Origin: an uncultured Nitrospiraceae bacterium
GTDB taxonomy: Bacteria; Nitrospirota; Thermodesulfovibrionia; Thermodesulfovibrionales; SM23-35
DNA length: 64,000 bases
Direction of reading: 5' to 3'
NCBI GenBank assembly: GCA_963727775.1
Contig: CAVSHB010000002.1
Location: forward strand, 544,001 to 608,000
Shown here in pieces: positions 9,204 to 18,366 of this stretch. A model generated the notes under the pieces. It ran no database searches, was not told where the DNA came from, and saw nothing but the letters and a program-made list of their open reading frames with translations. Positions within the stretch are counted from its first letter, which is position 1. The number at the start of each line of letters is the position of its first letter. Made by a program: the position numbers and the translations under genes.

Positions 9204-10567
9204 GCATGCAAGGCGCAATAAAGATATTAATTGTGGATGACGAAAGGGTAGCTCTCAAAAACCTTGAGCATGTTATGAAAAAAGAGGGTTATGACGTGAC
9301 AGGGACTGAAAGCGGGCAGAACGCCCTGAAGCTCCTTGAAGACCGGCAATTTGAAGTTGTGCTTACTGATTTGCGGATGGAAAAGGTCGACGGGATGCAG
9401 ATACTGAAAAAATGCCGTGAGCTTTATCCTGACGCCGAGGTGATAATGATAACCGGTTATGCAACGCTTGAGACCGCAGTCGAAGCCATGAAGAAAGGCG
9501 CTTTCCACTACGTTGCAAAGCCGTTCAAACTGGACGTGGTACGAAACGTCGTCAAGGAAGCCGTTGAGAAAGTGAGACTAAAGATGGAAAACAGGCTACT
9601 CAGGGAGCAGATAGAAACTTATCAGGGAAAGGTAAAGATTATCACACAGGACGGTAATATGCAGAGGCTTCTTGATACTGCAAGGCAGATCGCGCCTACC
9701 GATTGCAATGTCCTCCTCAGCGGCGAAAGCGGCACCGGAAAAGAGTTGTTTGCAAAGTATATCCATTTGAACAGCAGCCGCACGGAAGGGCCTTTTTTTG
9801 CCATAAATTGCGGGGCGTTCACAGAGGAGCTTCTGTCTAATGAACTCTTCGGCCATGAAAAGGGCGCTTTTACCGGAGCGATGAGCATGAAGCGCGGGTT
9901 GGTTGAAATGGCGTCAGGCGGTACATTGTTTCTTGATGAAATAACCGAAATGCCGCCTTCAATGCAGGTAAAACTTCTGAGAGTCATTCAGGAAAAGGAA
10001 GTCCTGAGGGTCGGCGGAACAGAATCCTTAAAGGTAGATGTCAGATTTATTGCGGCAAGCAACAGGGACATTCATGACGCTATAAAGAACGGAAGGTTCC
10101 GGCAGGACCTATATTTCAGACTGAATGTCGTTTCCCTGCATATTCCGCCTTTGTCGGAAAGAAGGGACGATATCCCGCTCTTGAGCTATTATTTCCTGAA
10201 GAAATATGCGGCCGTAATGAAAAAAGATGTTACCGAGATATCCGAGGACGCAATGGGTCTGCTCATGAATTATGATCTGCCCGGCAACGTCAGGGAGCTT
10301 GAAAATATCATTGAAAGAGGAGTTGCCCTTGCCAACGGGAGAACCATAGAGATAGCCCATCTGCCCGAAGACCTGAGAGAACTGAGGATACAGACATTCA
10401 GAAAGAAGGAAGGCAAGATCCCTTCCCTTGAAGACCAGGAGACGGCCTACATAAAATGGGTCTTAAATGAGGTCGGCGGCAATAAAACCATCGCGGCCCA
10501 GATATTGGGAATAGACAGGGTATCACTCTGGAGGAAGCTCAAGAAATACGGACTGGACCCTGAATGA
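9200..10567 (+). CDS. sigma54-dependent response regulator (NtrC/AtoC family: REC-AAA-Fis HTH)
   Basis: VDDE..TDLRM REC, GESGTGKE, GAFTGA, LDEI, GNVRELEN, C-terminal HTH AAQILGIDRVSLWRKL; overlaps the kinase stop. Confidence 0.96.
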   Translation: MSMQGAIKILIVDDERVALKNLEHVMKKEGYDVTGTESGQNALKLLEDRQFEVVLTDLRMEKVDGMQILKKCRELYPDAEVIMITGYATLETAVEAMKKGAFHYVAKPFKLDVVRNVVKEAVEKVRLKMENRLLREQIETYQGKVKIITQDGNMQRLLDTARQIAPTDCNVLLSGESGTGKELFAKYIHLNSSRTEGPFFAINCGAFTEELLSNELFGHEKGAFTGAMSMKRGLVEMASGGTLFLDEITEMPPSMQVKLLRVIQEKEVLRVGGTESLKVDVRFIAASNRDIHDAIKNGRFRQDLYFRLNVVSLHIPPLSERRDDIPLLSYYFLKKYAAVMKKDVTEISEDAMGLLMNYDLPGNVRELENIIERGVALANGRTIEIAHLPEDLRELRIQTFRKKEGKIPSLEDQETAYIKWVLNEVGGNKTIAAQILGIDRVSLWRKLKKYGLDPE

Positions 10568-10590
10568 AGCAACGACCTGCCCCGGGCGTT

Positions 10591-12405
10591 TTACATATCC
10601 ACCCTTGTCATGACCCCGTGGAGTTTATATGGCGGCAGTTTGTAGAATTGAACGAACGCCGGGGTGAGCTTCTTGATAAACGAGAATATTTTCCAGACCG
10701 GATTTTCCGTCACGATGTCCTCAAGCCCGTAAAAAATCGTCTTTTCGTCGATCCCTGATTCCTTCAGGAGATCTTCAATATCAGGCACCTCCATATACCC
10801 CACCTGAATTTCGAATACCCGCAAGCCGTGCCCGGGGTCTTCTTTAAAAAAGCCTGTCAGACCAAAGGGATCATCCCGCTTTATTATGGAAACCATGATA
10901 TTTTCTTCATAAAGGATATTATTTACGAACATGCTTCGTATCATAAAAGGAGGTATCTCATTGGGATCCTTCAGAAAAAAGAGGGAAACCCCTCTTAATT
11001 TAGGCATGGTTTTGTAAGCAAGATTGTATCTTTCAAGAAAGTTATGAAGCGGCACGGGTTTCAATATTTTATAAAGCCTTTTTTGGCCGCTGGTATAAAT
11101 GATAACGGTGATGAAAGGGAAGGCCCCGATGATAATCGACCAGTAACCCCCGTGAGGTATCTTGTAAAAATTCGACACGAGGAACGCAATATCTACGCAC
11201 GTGACGAGAAATGATGCAATGGCCAGTCCGTTTTTCCTCTTCAGGTGAAAAATCCATGTCATCATGATTCCCGTGAGGGTCATTGTTCCGGTGACCGCCA
11301 AACCGTAGGCGGCGGCAAGCCGGCTGGATTCCCTGAATTCAACCATAATAAACAAAACGGATATGAGAAGAAACCAGTTAACAAAACCTATGTAAATCTG
11401 TGACCTCAATTCGGTGGATGTATAGTCGATCTTGAAAAGCGGCATTATATGGGTGGTTATCCCCTGGTAAACAATCGAGAACATCCCGCTGATCATGGCC
11501 TGAGAGGCTATCACAGTCGCAATAATACTGAGGACCAGGAAGGGTATATACAGTGTCCGGGTGGTATGGAATATCATTTCAAAAAGGACATTCTTAGAAG
11601 CAGGGTGCCCGATGAGGAACGCTCCCTGTCCGAGATAATTGATCAAAAGGGCAACAAATACAAGATACCATGCATGGATGATGGGCTTCCGTCCCAAATG
11701 TCCCATATCGGCATATAACGCCTCACCTCCTGTTGCACAGAGTATGACTTCAGAAAGCACAAAAAATCCTGTGAGGCCGTTTTCATAAAGAAATCTTAAG
11801 GCATAGTATGGGTTTATAGCCCGTATCACAACCGGGGAATCAGCGATTGACATTAAGCCGGAGACAGACAAAGATGTAAACCAAACCAGCATCAAAGGTC
11901 CGAACGCCCAGGACACTTTCTCTGTGCCCTTTTTCTGGAAGGAGAACAGCACTATTGCAATTATCCCGGCGGCAAGAATAAGTAATTCCTGTTTTGTGCC
12001 TTCCAGTCCGGGGATTAAGAGTGATCCCTCAACGGCGCTCAGGATACTGATGGCAGGCGTAATTACACCATCGCCGATGAGCAGGGATATGCCGATAAAA
12101 GAAAGAAAAGATACAAATGCCGCCTTCCTGCCTGACTTGAGCAACGGCACAAGTATTTCCTTAAGGACTATGGTGCCACCCTCACCCTTTTTCCCGAGGC
12201 TCATTGCAAGCCATGCGTACTCAACAGTGACGAGTATTACAAGGGTCCATACTATAAGGGAAAGGACCCCCATTACATGGGCTTCAGTAGGCTTTGTGAG
12301 GAGAAAGATAACCGTCAGTGTATAGATCGGGCTGGTTCCGATATCACCGAAGACAAGGCCAAGGGATTTTATTATTCCTCTGAAAGAAGGCTCTTTGCTG
12401 ATCAT
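10591..12405 (-). CDS. kup: KUP/HAK/KT potassium transporter
   Basis: VFGDIGTSPIY, GEGG, GDGVITPAIS, TGGEALYADMGH, IASQAMISG. Confidence 0.95.
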   Translation of the reverse strand: MISKEPSFRGIIKSLGLVFGDIGTSPIYTLTVIFLLTKPTEAHVMGVLSLIVWTLVILVTVEYAWLAMSLGKKGEGGTIVLKEILVPLLKSGRKAAFVSFLSFIGISLLIGDGVITPAISILSAVEGSLLIPGLEGTKQELLILAAGIIAIVLFSFQKKGTEKVSWAFGPLMLVWFTSLSVSGLMSIADSPVVIRAINPYYALRFLYENGLTGFFVLSEVILCATGGEALYADMGHLGRKPIIHAWYLVFVALLINYLGQGAFLIGHPASKNVLFEMIFHTTRTLYIPFLVLSIIATVIASQAMISGMFSIVYQGITTHIMPLFKIDYTSTELRSQIYIGFVNWFLLISVLFIMVEFRESSRLAAAYGLAVTGTMTLTGIMMTWIFHLKRKNGLAIASFLVTCVDIAFLVSNFYKIPHGGYWSIIIGAFPFITVIIYTSGQKRLYKILKPVPLHNFLERYNLAYKTMPKLRGVSLFFLKDPNEIPPFMIRSMFVNNILYEENIMVSIIKRDDPFGLTGFFKEDPGHGLRVFEIQVGYMEVPDIEDLLKESGIDEKTIFYGLEDIVTENPVWKIFSFIKKLTPAFVQFYKLPPYKLHGVMTRVDM

Positions 12406-12423
12406 ATTTTAAATCTGCAAACT

Positions 12424-12453
12424 AAAAGGTAGTGGGATTTCCCACTACCTTTT
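12424..12453 (-). terminator. intrinsic terminator downstream of hup
   Basis: AAAAGGTAGTGGGA-TT-TCCCACTACCTTTT perfect hairpin with A/T tails. Confidence 0.75.
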
Positions 12454-12497
12454 GCAATTCCAGAAAAGGACGAATACCAGGCTAATACAAAAAGGCA

Positions 12498-12770
12498 TTA
12501 CTTAACAGCGTCTTTAAAAGCCTTCCCCGCAGAGAACTTGGGGACCTTGGCAGCTTTAATGGTGATTGTTTCGCCCGTCCTCGGGTTTCTTCCCTTCCGG
12601 GCTTTTCTCTTTGAGAGAGAGAATGTGCCGAAACCGACGAGAGCAACTTTGTTCCCTTTCTTCACGGATTTCTCAACCCCGTCGATGAAAGAGTCCAGCG
12701 CTTCTCCTGCAACAGCCTTTGAAATCCCTGCATCCTTAGCCATTTTTTCTATCAGGTCAGCTTTTGTCAT
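12498..12770 (-). CDS. hup: HU family DNA-binding protein (copy 1)
   Basis: MTKADLI...GFGTF...RKGRNPRTG...PKFSAGK; RBS GGAGG. Confidence 0.96.
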   Translation of the reverse strand: MTKADLIEKMAKDAGISKAVAGEALDSFIDGVEKSVKKGNKVALVGFGTFSLSKRKARKGRNPRTGETITIKAAKVPKFSAGKAFKDAVK

Positions 12771-12959
12771 AAATACCTCCTCTAAATATTTTTTTAAGTA
12801 TACACGATTATTCATTTAATGAAAATACTTTTTAGTATACGGAAAAGATTTTCCCGATAAAAAAATATTTTGGATGGAGGTGGGCAGCCAGTAGGGAGGG
12901 GCCTGACTGGCTGCCGGAAAGATGCAGAAAGCTTGTTCTTTCACTTTTTAGAATATAAG

Positions 12960-13003
12960 AAAAATATGAAGAAATGACGAAGAAAATATGAAGAAATTAT
13001 GAA
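12960..13003. repeat. four tandem 11-bp repeats (consensus GAAAATATGAA), operator-like
   Basis: AAAAATATGAA / GAAATGACGAA / GAAAATATGAA / GAAATTATGAA read directly. Confidence 0.7.
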
Positions 13004-13062
13004 TGTCCTGTTTAAGGCTGCCTCAGCAAATTACTGGCTTTGTAACGATTACCTTTGCCGGG

Positions 13063-14085
13063 TCATATCAATTCATTACTCACTAATTCATCTTTCAGAT
13101 AGGCATAGTAAATCGGCGCGGCAATTAGACCCGGTATTCCGAAGGCTGCTTCCATTATGACCATGGCCAATAGGAGTTCCCATGCTTTAGATTTTATCCT
13201 TGAACCGACAATTTTGGCATTCAGGAAGTATTCGAATTTGTGGATAACAATCAAGAATACAAGCGAAGATATCACAATATTCAATGAATGGCTGAAGCTT
13301 ACTATAACGATTATTGTATTAGAGATCAGGTTTCCGATTACCGGAAGCAGCCCTGCAATAAAAGTGATTACTATCAAGGTCTTGGCAAAAGGCAAATGAA
13401 CGCCGAACAAAGGCAATATGATGGCGAGGTAGGTTAGGGTGAATAAAGTATTAATGGCCGAGATGCGCACCTGGGAAAAGACAATACGTCGAAAAGCCGC
13501 ACATAGCCGGTACATGCGGTCTGTCAGTGCCCGTGACAGGGGACGATATTCATGCGCCGGCCGGACTTCGTTAAGCGCTATTAAAGCGCCTATGATCATT
13601 CCGACAAAGATGTGCGCAGTAATCCGCACTGCTTCTTTTCCCACTAACTGCAATTCTCCCGCGTGTTGGCGCAGCCATGATGCAACTGCGGTCTTCAGTC
13701 CATCCGCGTCGGGAGGCAGGTATCCTATAGCCCATACCGGCAGGCTTCTCAAAGATCCTTCGACGATATCTGCCATTTTCTGAAATAAAGACGACAAATT
13801 ACCGCTTCCCCTCAGGAAAATAATGACGCCGAAAACCAAGAAGGACAAGCCAGCGATGACGATGGAGGCGAGTAGCGTTACAATTACGATTTTCGACCTG
13901 TATCCGCTCATGCCCTTAAAGTTGAGGAACGGTGAAAAAATGTGGACAAGTTCAAATACGAGAAGTCCGGCCAACAGCGCAGGCAATAAATGCATCCTGA
14001 GCGCCGATAGTAGGGATACAGCTACAATCAGATAGGCAGCGGTTTCATAGGCCGAGATATGAGATCTGGTAATATCTTTATTCAT
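13063..14085 (-). CDS. AI-2E family transporter
   Basis: Multi-TM protein with QVRISAIN, GLLPVIGN, EYFLNAKIVG and FGIPGLIAAP. Confidence 0.88.
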   Translation of the reverse strand: MNKDITRSHISAYETAAYLIVAVSLLSALRMHLLPALLAGLLVFELVHIFSPFLNFKGMSGYRSKIVIVTLLASIVIAGLSFLVFGVIIFLRGSGNLSSLFQKMADIVEGSLRSLPVWAIGYLPPDADGLKTAVASWLRQHAGELQLVGKEAVRITAHIFVGMIIGALIALNEVRPAHEYRPLSRALTDRMYRLCAAFRRIVFSQVRISAINTLFTLTYLAIILPLFGVHLPFAKTLIVITFIAGLLPVIGNLISNTIIVIVSFSHSLNIVISSLVFLIVIHKFEYFLNAKIVGSRIKSKAWELLLAMVIMEAAFGIPGLIAAPIYYAYLKDELVSNELI

Positions 14086-14249
14086 TTCTTACAGACAACT
14101 TAGTTATTCGCTTTTTTGTTAAGTATATCATACGGCCAAATTACAATAAGCAAACAATAAATATGGTGCAGTTCCCAAAAGTTATGATATACTTTTATCA
14201 ATTGCAAAAAGGAAAAATTCATATTTATTCATTAAAAGGGGGTTTTACG

Positions 14250-14651
14250 ATGAAGACGCAAAGGTTGCCGGTTATGATGTTTTTCATTATTTTTATGTTT
14301 TTTGTAACGAGTGTATGTTATGGCTTTGACAAGCCGCAGCTGGAAAAATTCCTGAAAACCAAGAAATGTCAGAAATGCGATCTGAGCGGGGCGGATTTGA
14401 GCGGGAGGAACTTGAACGGAGCGAACCTTAATGGCGCTAATCTGGCCAGTGCGGACTTGACAGGCACAAAACTACAGGGCGCGGATTTGGCCGGTACTGA
14501 TATGACCCTGGCGAACCTGGCTAGGGCAAACCTGACAAAGGCGAAGTTGAATAAGGCGAATCTGGCTGGGGCGAATCTGGCCGGCGCAGTATGGACGGAT
14601 GGGAAAAAGTGTAAAGAGCGTTCTGTCGGGATGTGTAAATCAAGAAGGTGA
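14250..14651 (+). CDS. secreted pentapeptide-repeat protein
   Basis: Signal-like N-terminus, CxxC-DLSGA, tandem A(N/D)LxG repeats, WTDGKKC..SVG.C tail. Confidence 0.88.
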   Translation: MKTQRLPVMMFFIIFMFFVTSVCYGFDKPQLEKFLKTKKCQKCDLSGADLSGRNLNGANLNGANLASADLTGTKLQGADLAGTDMTLANLARANLTKAKLNKANLAGANLAGAVWTDGKKCKERSVGMCKSRR

Positions 14652-15545
14652 TTCAGACCTCCTGCCGATTTCTCCCATTCTGCATACCTCGCCTTCATAT
14701 TCGATTTCGACCGTACTATGGGTGAAATCCATCGCATCGGTCAATAATCTTATTGCGCATTTTGTATCAAGCATGTCGTCCTTCGATGCCTTTCCGTCTA
14801 TGACCACATGGGTCGTCAGTACGTGATGTATGCCGTCCAGAGACCAGACATTCGTATGATGCACGGATTTCACCTTGTCTATTGACAGCAGTCTGCTCTC
14901 CACTTCCTCTATATTAATATTTTCAGGAACGGCTTGCAGGAAAACGGACAATGTTCTTTTCATGTTCCCAGCCACATTATACAGGACATAAGATGCGATC
15001 AATATGGACAGTACCGGGTCAAGCACAGGTATATTTTTGAACAATAATGTAATGCCGACAACCAGTACCGCTACCCATCCCAGTACATCTTCCACAAAAT
15101 GCCAGATAACGACACGGGCAACAAATGTTTTCCCGCCTCTCAATCGTAAAGCCGCCAGACCATTCACAATGATCCCGACAACCGCGAAAACCAACAGGCC
15201 TTCAACTTTGGAATGTTCCGGGCGAACAAGTCTCGGGATGGCTTCAGACAAAATGAAAAGCGAGCCGCCGATCAGAATGATCGTATTGACCAATGCAGCC
15301 AATAACGAAAATCGCTGGTATCCATAAGAAAATAATCTGTCTTTTCTTTTCTTTGAATACTTCTCAAGATACCACGACAAGCCGAGGGAAAGACTGTCTC
15401 CGACATCGTGCAAGGCGTTTGAGAGGATCGCCAGGCTGTTTGTCCAGAAGCCGCCTGAAATCTCGAATAGCGTAAAGACAAGATTCAGGAAAAAAGCCGC
15501 CCTGATATTATTATTGTCGTTATGCTGTGAATGTGCGTGGGCCAT
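14640..15545 (-). CDS. cation diffusion facilitator (CzcD/ZitB-like) transporter
   Basis: His-rich N-terminus, SLAILSNALHD, FSYGYQR, HFVED, HHTNVWSLDG. Confidence 0.92.
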   Translation of the reverse strand: MAHAHSQHNDNNNIRAAFFLNLVFTLFEISGGFWTNSLAILSNALHDVGDSLSLGLSWYLEKYSKKRKDRLFSYGYQRFSLLAALVNTIILIGGSLFILSEAIPRLVRPEHSKVEGLLVFAVVGIIVNGLAALRLRGGKTFVARVVIWHFVEDVLGWVAVLVVGITLLFKNIPVLDPVLSILIASYVLYNVAGNMKRTLSVFLQAVPENINIEEVESRLLSIDKVKSVHHTNVWSLDGIHHVLTTHVVIDGKASKDDMLDTKCAIRLLTDAMDFTHSTVEIEYEGEVCRMGEIGRRSESPS

Positions 15546-15565
15546 CTTTTGTTTTAAGGCGGTCG

Positions 15566-18268
15566 CTACAGATCAAGGACTACTTTTACAGCATCTTCAT
15601 CTGAAGATTCTTTCTTAAATCCCATTTTCTCAGCACTATGCAACATTCTCGCGTTGATCTGCAGGATTTCCATGTACATCTTCTTTATCCCTAATTCTTT
15701 GGCTATTTTCAGACAGTGCAAGCAAAGCGCTTTGCCGATACCCTGTCCCTGCCACTGGTCTCCGACTACAACGGCCATTTCAGCGCTCTCGAGATCGGGG
15801 AGCCTGCTCATCCTTACCTCGCCTATCATTCGTTCACGTCCGCCGTTTCTCATGATTGCCACGAAAGAAAGCTCCCTGTCGTAATCTACATGACAAAATC
15901 TCGTCAACTGTTCATGCGACATTTCAGATATCTTGCGGAAGAACCTCATCATAAGGGTTTGTTCAGAGGAGGTCTTTAATAACTCTTCCATGAGGGGTTC
16001 GTCCTCAGGACGGATAGGCCTTATGACTGCCGCGGGTCCTTCTCTTAATTTGAAGATATCGATATATTGGTCCGGATAGGGGCATATGGAAAGATGAGGG
16101 GGACAGAAAGCTCCTCTCACAGGCACGAAACCTTCAAGGACATCCGCCTCAAGTATGATATTGGCGTCCAGCACAAACCCGTCCTCACTCGAAATAAAGA
16201 AAGGATTTATATCTATTTCCTTGATGTGCGGGAAATGGATAATCAGGTGCGAAAACCGCACGAGGATTTCTTCCAGATATCTCAAATTACTCTCGAAGTC
16301 CTTCTGTTTCATAAGGTGCTTGTAGATTTTTGTCTTGTTCATCATACGCCTTGCCAATATCTGGTTCAACGGCGGGAGTCCTATCGAATAATCCTCTACC
16401 GCCTCAAGGAGCACCCCGCCGGTCCCGAACACTATTACCGAACCGAAAGTAGGGTCCTTTTTAGCGCCGATTACAATTTCATATCCGCGTTTTATAACCA
16501 TCGGCTGAATGATCACCTGTGCCTTCGGATCATCTAATGAGGAGGCCAGTTCTTTCAACTGCCGGAACGCGTCCTTTACCGAATCCCGGTCTCTCAGGTT
16601 TAACGCGACTCCACCCGATTCAGTCTTATGCAGGATTTTCTGTGAGTCTATCTTCAAAACAACGGGATACCCTATAAAATCTGCGATCTCAATCGCTTCT
16701 TCATGGCTTTGGACGACCTTCGTGGGGATTACCGGTATGCCGTATGACAAGAGTATGTCTTTGACCTCGTTTAAATTCAGGAGGAGCCTTTGCTCTTCCG
16801 ATGCCTTTTTTATGATCTCCTCAGCCCTGTCCTCATCCGGCTCGAAGTCTTTGAGGATGACCTCGGGGGTCTCGAGGAGGAGCCGCAAGTTGTAGTCATA
16901 CCGGTACATGTATATGAAGCTCTTCACCGCCTGCTCGGTCGATACGGAAGTCGGTATGCCCTGATCGCTGAGGAATTCTCTCGAAGGGATCACCCGTTCT
17001 CCACCCATCCATGTAGTAAATATCGGTTTGTAGGGGTATTCCCTGGCTGCAGAGGCCACCGCTTCCGCAATCTCTTTTGAATTAGACAGATAAGAGGGTG
17101 TATGGATAACAAGAACACTGTCCACCTGTTTGTCTTTTAAACAGCTTTTTACTGCTATTTCATAATCCTGGGGAGACGCCTCGATAAGGAGGTCAACAGG
17201 ATTCCGGGCCTGCTTTAAGTATTTAAAGTAAGACTGTAGAATATTAACTGTTTCCGGGCTTAAGGTTGCAAGCTCTCCGTCCAGCTGCAGGAGTGTGTCT
17301 ACGGCGATTATCGCGGGACCGCCTGAATTTGTAATAAGCGCGAGACGGTTCCCTTTGGGACGGCGCTGTTTGGATAAAGATTCGGCCAAATAAAACAGGT
17401 CAAGGGTTTCGTGAACTCTGATGGCGCCGGCCCTTTCGAAAGCCGCATCATAAACCTTATCTTCACCGGCCATATAGCCTGAGTGTGTTAGCGCTACATG
17501 GGCGGAGACATCGAATTTTCCGGACTTGATCACCATGATGGGTTTACTGGAAGCGAAACTTCTTACAGCGGTCATGAATCTGCGGCCGTTCTTTATGGAT
17601 TCGATATAGAGGATAATGGCCCTTGTTTCAGGATCAACACCCAAGAAATCGATGAGATCGGCGAGCTTAATGTCGATTTTGGCGCCTATGGAGATGAAAT
17701 GACTAAACCCGATGTTCTTGCTGACAGCCCAGTCCAGCAAAGCTGTTGAGAGTGTTGCGCTCTGTGCAATAAGCGCTATGTTGCCCTTCGGCGGAAGTTG
17801 CGGGAAAAGGCTGGCGTTCAGATTCAGGCTCGGCTTTATGAATCCCATGGAATCAGGTCCTAAAACCCTGAACCCGTACTTCCGGGATATCTGACTTATT
17901 GTTGTTATGAGCAGTTCTGAATTTTCGACCCTGTTCTTCAAATCAAAACAGAGTATGGACACGCCTTTCACGCCTTTGAGTCCGCAGTCTTCAAGCGCTT
18001 CGGGTATCTCCGGACAGGGCACCGCCAATATGGCCAAATCTATTTCACGCTGGATATCTGTAATCTTAGGATAAGCTTCAACCCCCTGTACGGCTTCCAT
18101 CCGGGGATTAACGGGATATACCGATCCTTTGAAGCCTTTCCCTAAAAGATTCTTAAATATGTAATAACCGATAGACGCCTTATCTTCATTTGCGCCTATA
18201 ACTGCAATTCTTCGGGGATTAAAGAAATATTCAAGGTTTTTTACCGACACAGTAAATCTCCTTATCAA
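15566..18268 (-). CDS. acetate--CoA ligase-like / GNAT fusion (protein lysine acetyltransferase, Pat/Pka type)
   Basis: CoA-binding N-terminus (FFNPRRIAVIGA), NPVDL, ATP-grasp-like region (GYPVVLK, HKTESGGV, EIDINP), C-terminal GNAT (IRPIRPED, WQGQGIG). Start uncertain. Confidence 0.92.
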   Translation of the reverse strand: MIRRFTVSVKNLEYFFNPRRIAVIGANEDKASIGYYIFKNLLGKGFKGSVYPVNPRMEAVQGVEAYPKITDIQREIDLAILAVPCPEIPEALEDCGLKGVKGVSILCFDLKNRVENSELLITTISQISRKYGFRVLGPDSMGFIKPSLNLNASLFPQLPPKGNIALIAQSATLSTALLDWAVSKNIGFSHFISIGAKIDIKLADLIDFLGVDPETRAIILYIESIKNGRRFMTAVRSFASSKPIMVIKSGKFDVSAHVALTHSGYMAGEDKVYDAAFERAGAIRVHETLDLFYLAESLSKQRRPKGNRLALITNSGGPAIIAVDTLLQLDGELATLSPETVNILQSYFKYLKQARNPVDLLIEASPQDYEIAVKSCLKDKQVDSVLVIHTPSYLSNSKEIAEAVASAAREYPYKPIFTTWMGGERVIPSREFLSDQGIPTSVSTEQAVKSFIYMYRYDYNLRLLLETPEVILKDFEPDEDRAEEIIKKASEEQRLLLNLNEVKDILLSYGIPVIPTKVVQSHEEAIEIADFIGYPVVLKIDSQKILHKTESGGVALNLRDRDSVKDAFRQLKELASSLDDPKAQVIIQPMVIKRGYEIVIGAKKDPTFGSVIVFGTGGVLLEAVEDYSIGLPPLNQILARRMMNKTKIYKHLMKQKDFESNLRYLEEILVRFSHLIIHFPHIKEIDINPFFISSEDGFVLDANIILEADVLEGFVPVRGAFCPPHLSICPYPDQYIDIFKLREGPAAVIRPIRPEDEPLMEELLKTSSEQTLMMRFFRKISEMSHEQLTRFCHVDYDRELSFVAIMRNGGRERMIGEVRMSRLPDLESAEMAVVVGDQWQGQGIGKALCLHCLKIAKELGIKKMYMEILQINARMLHSAEKMGFKKESSDEDAVKVVLDL

Positions 18269-18324
18269 CGAACTTATATATTGTAACTTTAACGAAGCAA
18301 AAAATGCAGGTCAAAGAGGATAAG

Positions 18325-18358
18325 AAAAATAGCAGGGGCCTATGTTTGGACCCCTGCT
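18325..18358 (-). terminator. intrinsic terminator after acs
   Basis: AGCAGGGG..CCCCTGCT stem followed on the minus strand by ATTTTTC. Confidence 0.65.
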
Positions 18359-18366
18359 TAATTTGT

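Noticed and set aside
12960..13003. CRISPR array here or in the 26.9-27.3 kb and 56.5-56.7 kb repeats
   Set aside because: Repeats are 10-14 bp with no regular unique spacers, and there are no cas genes in the window.
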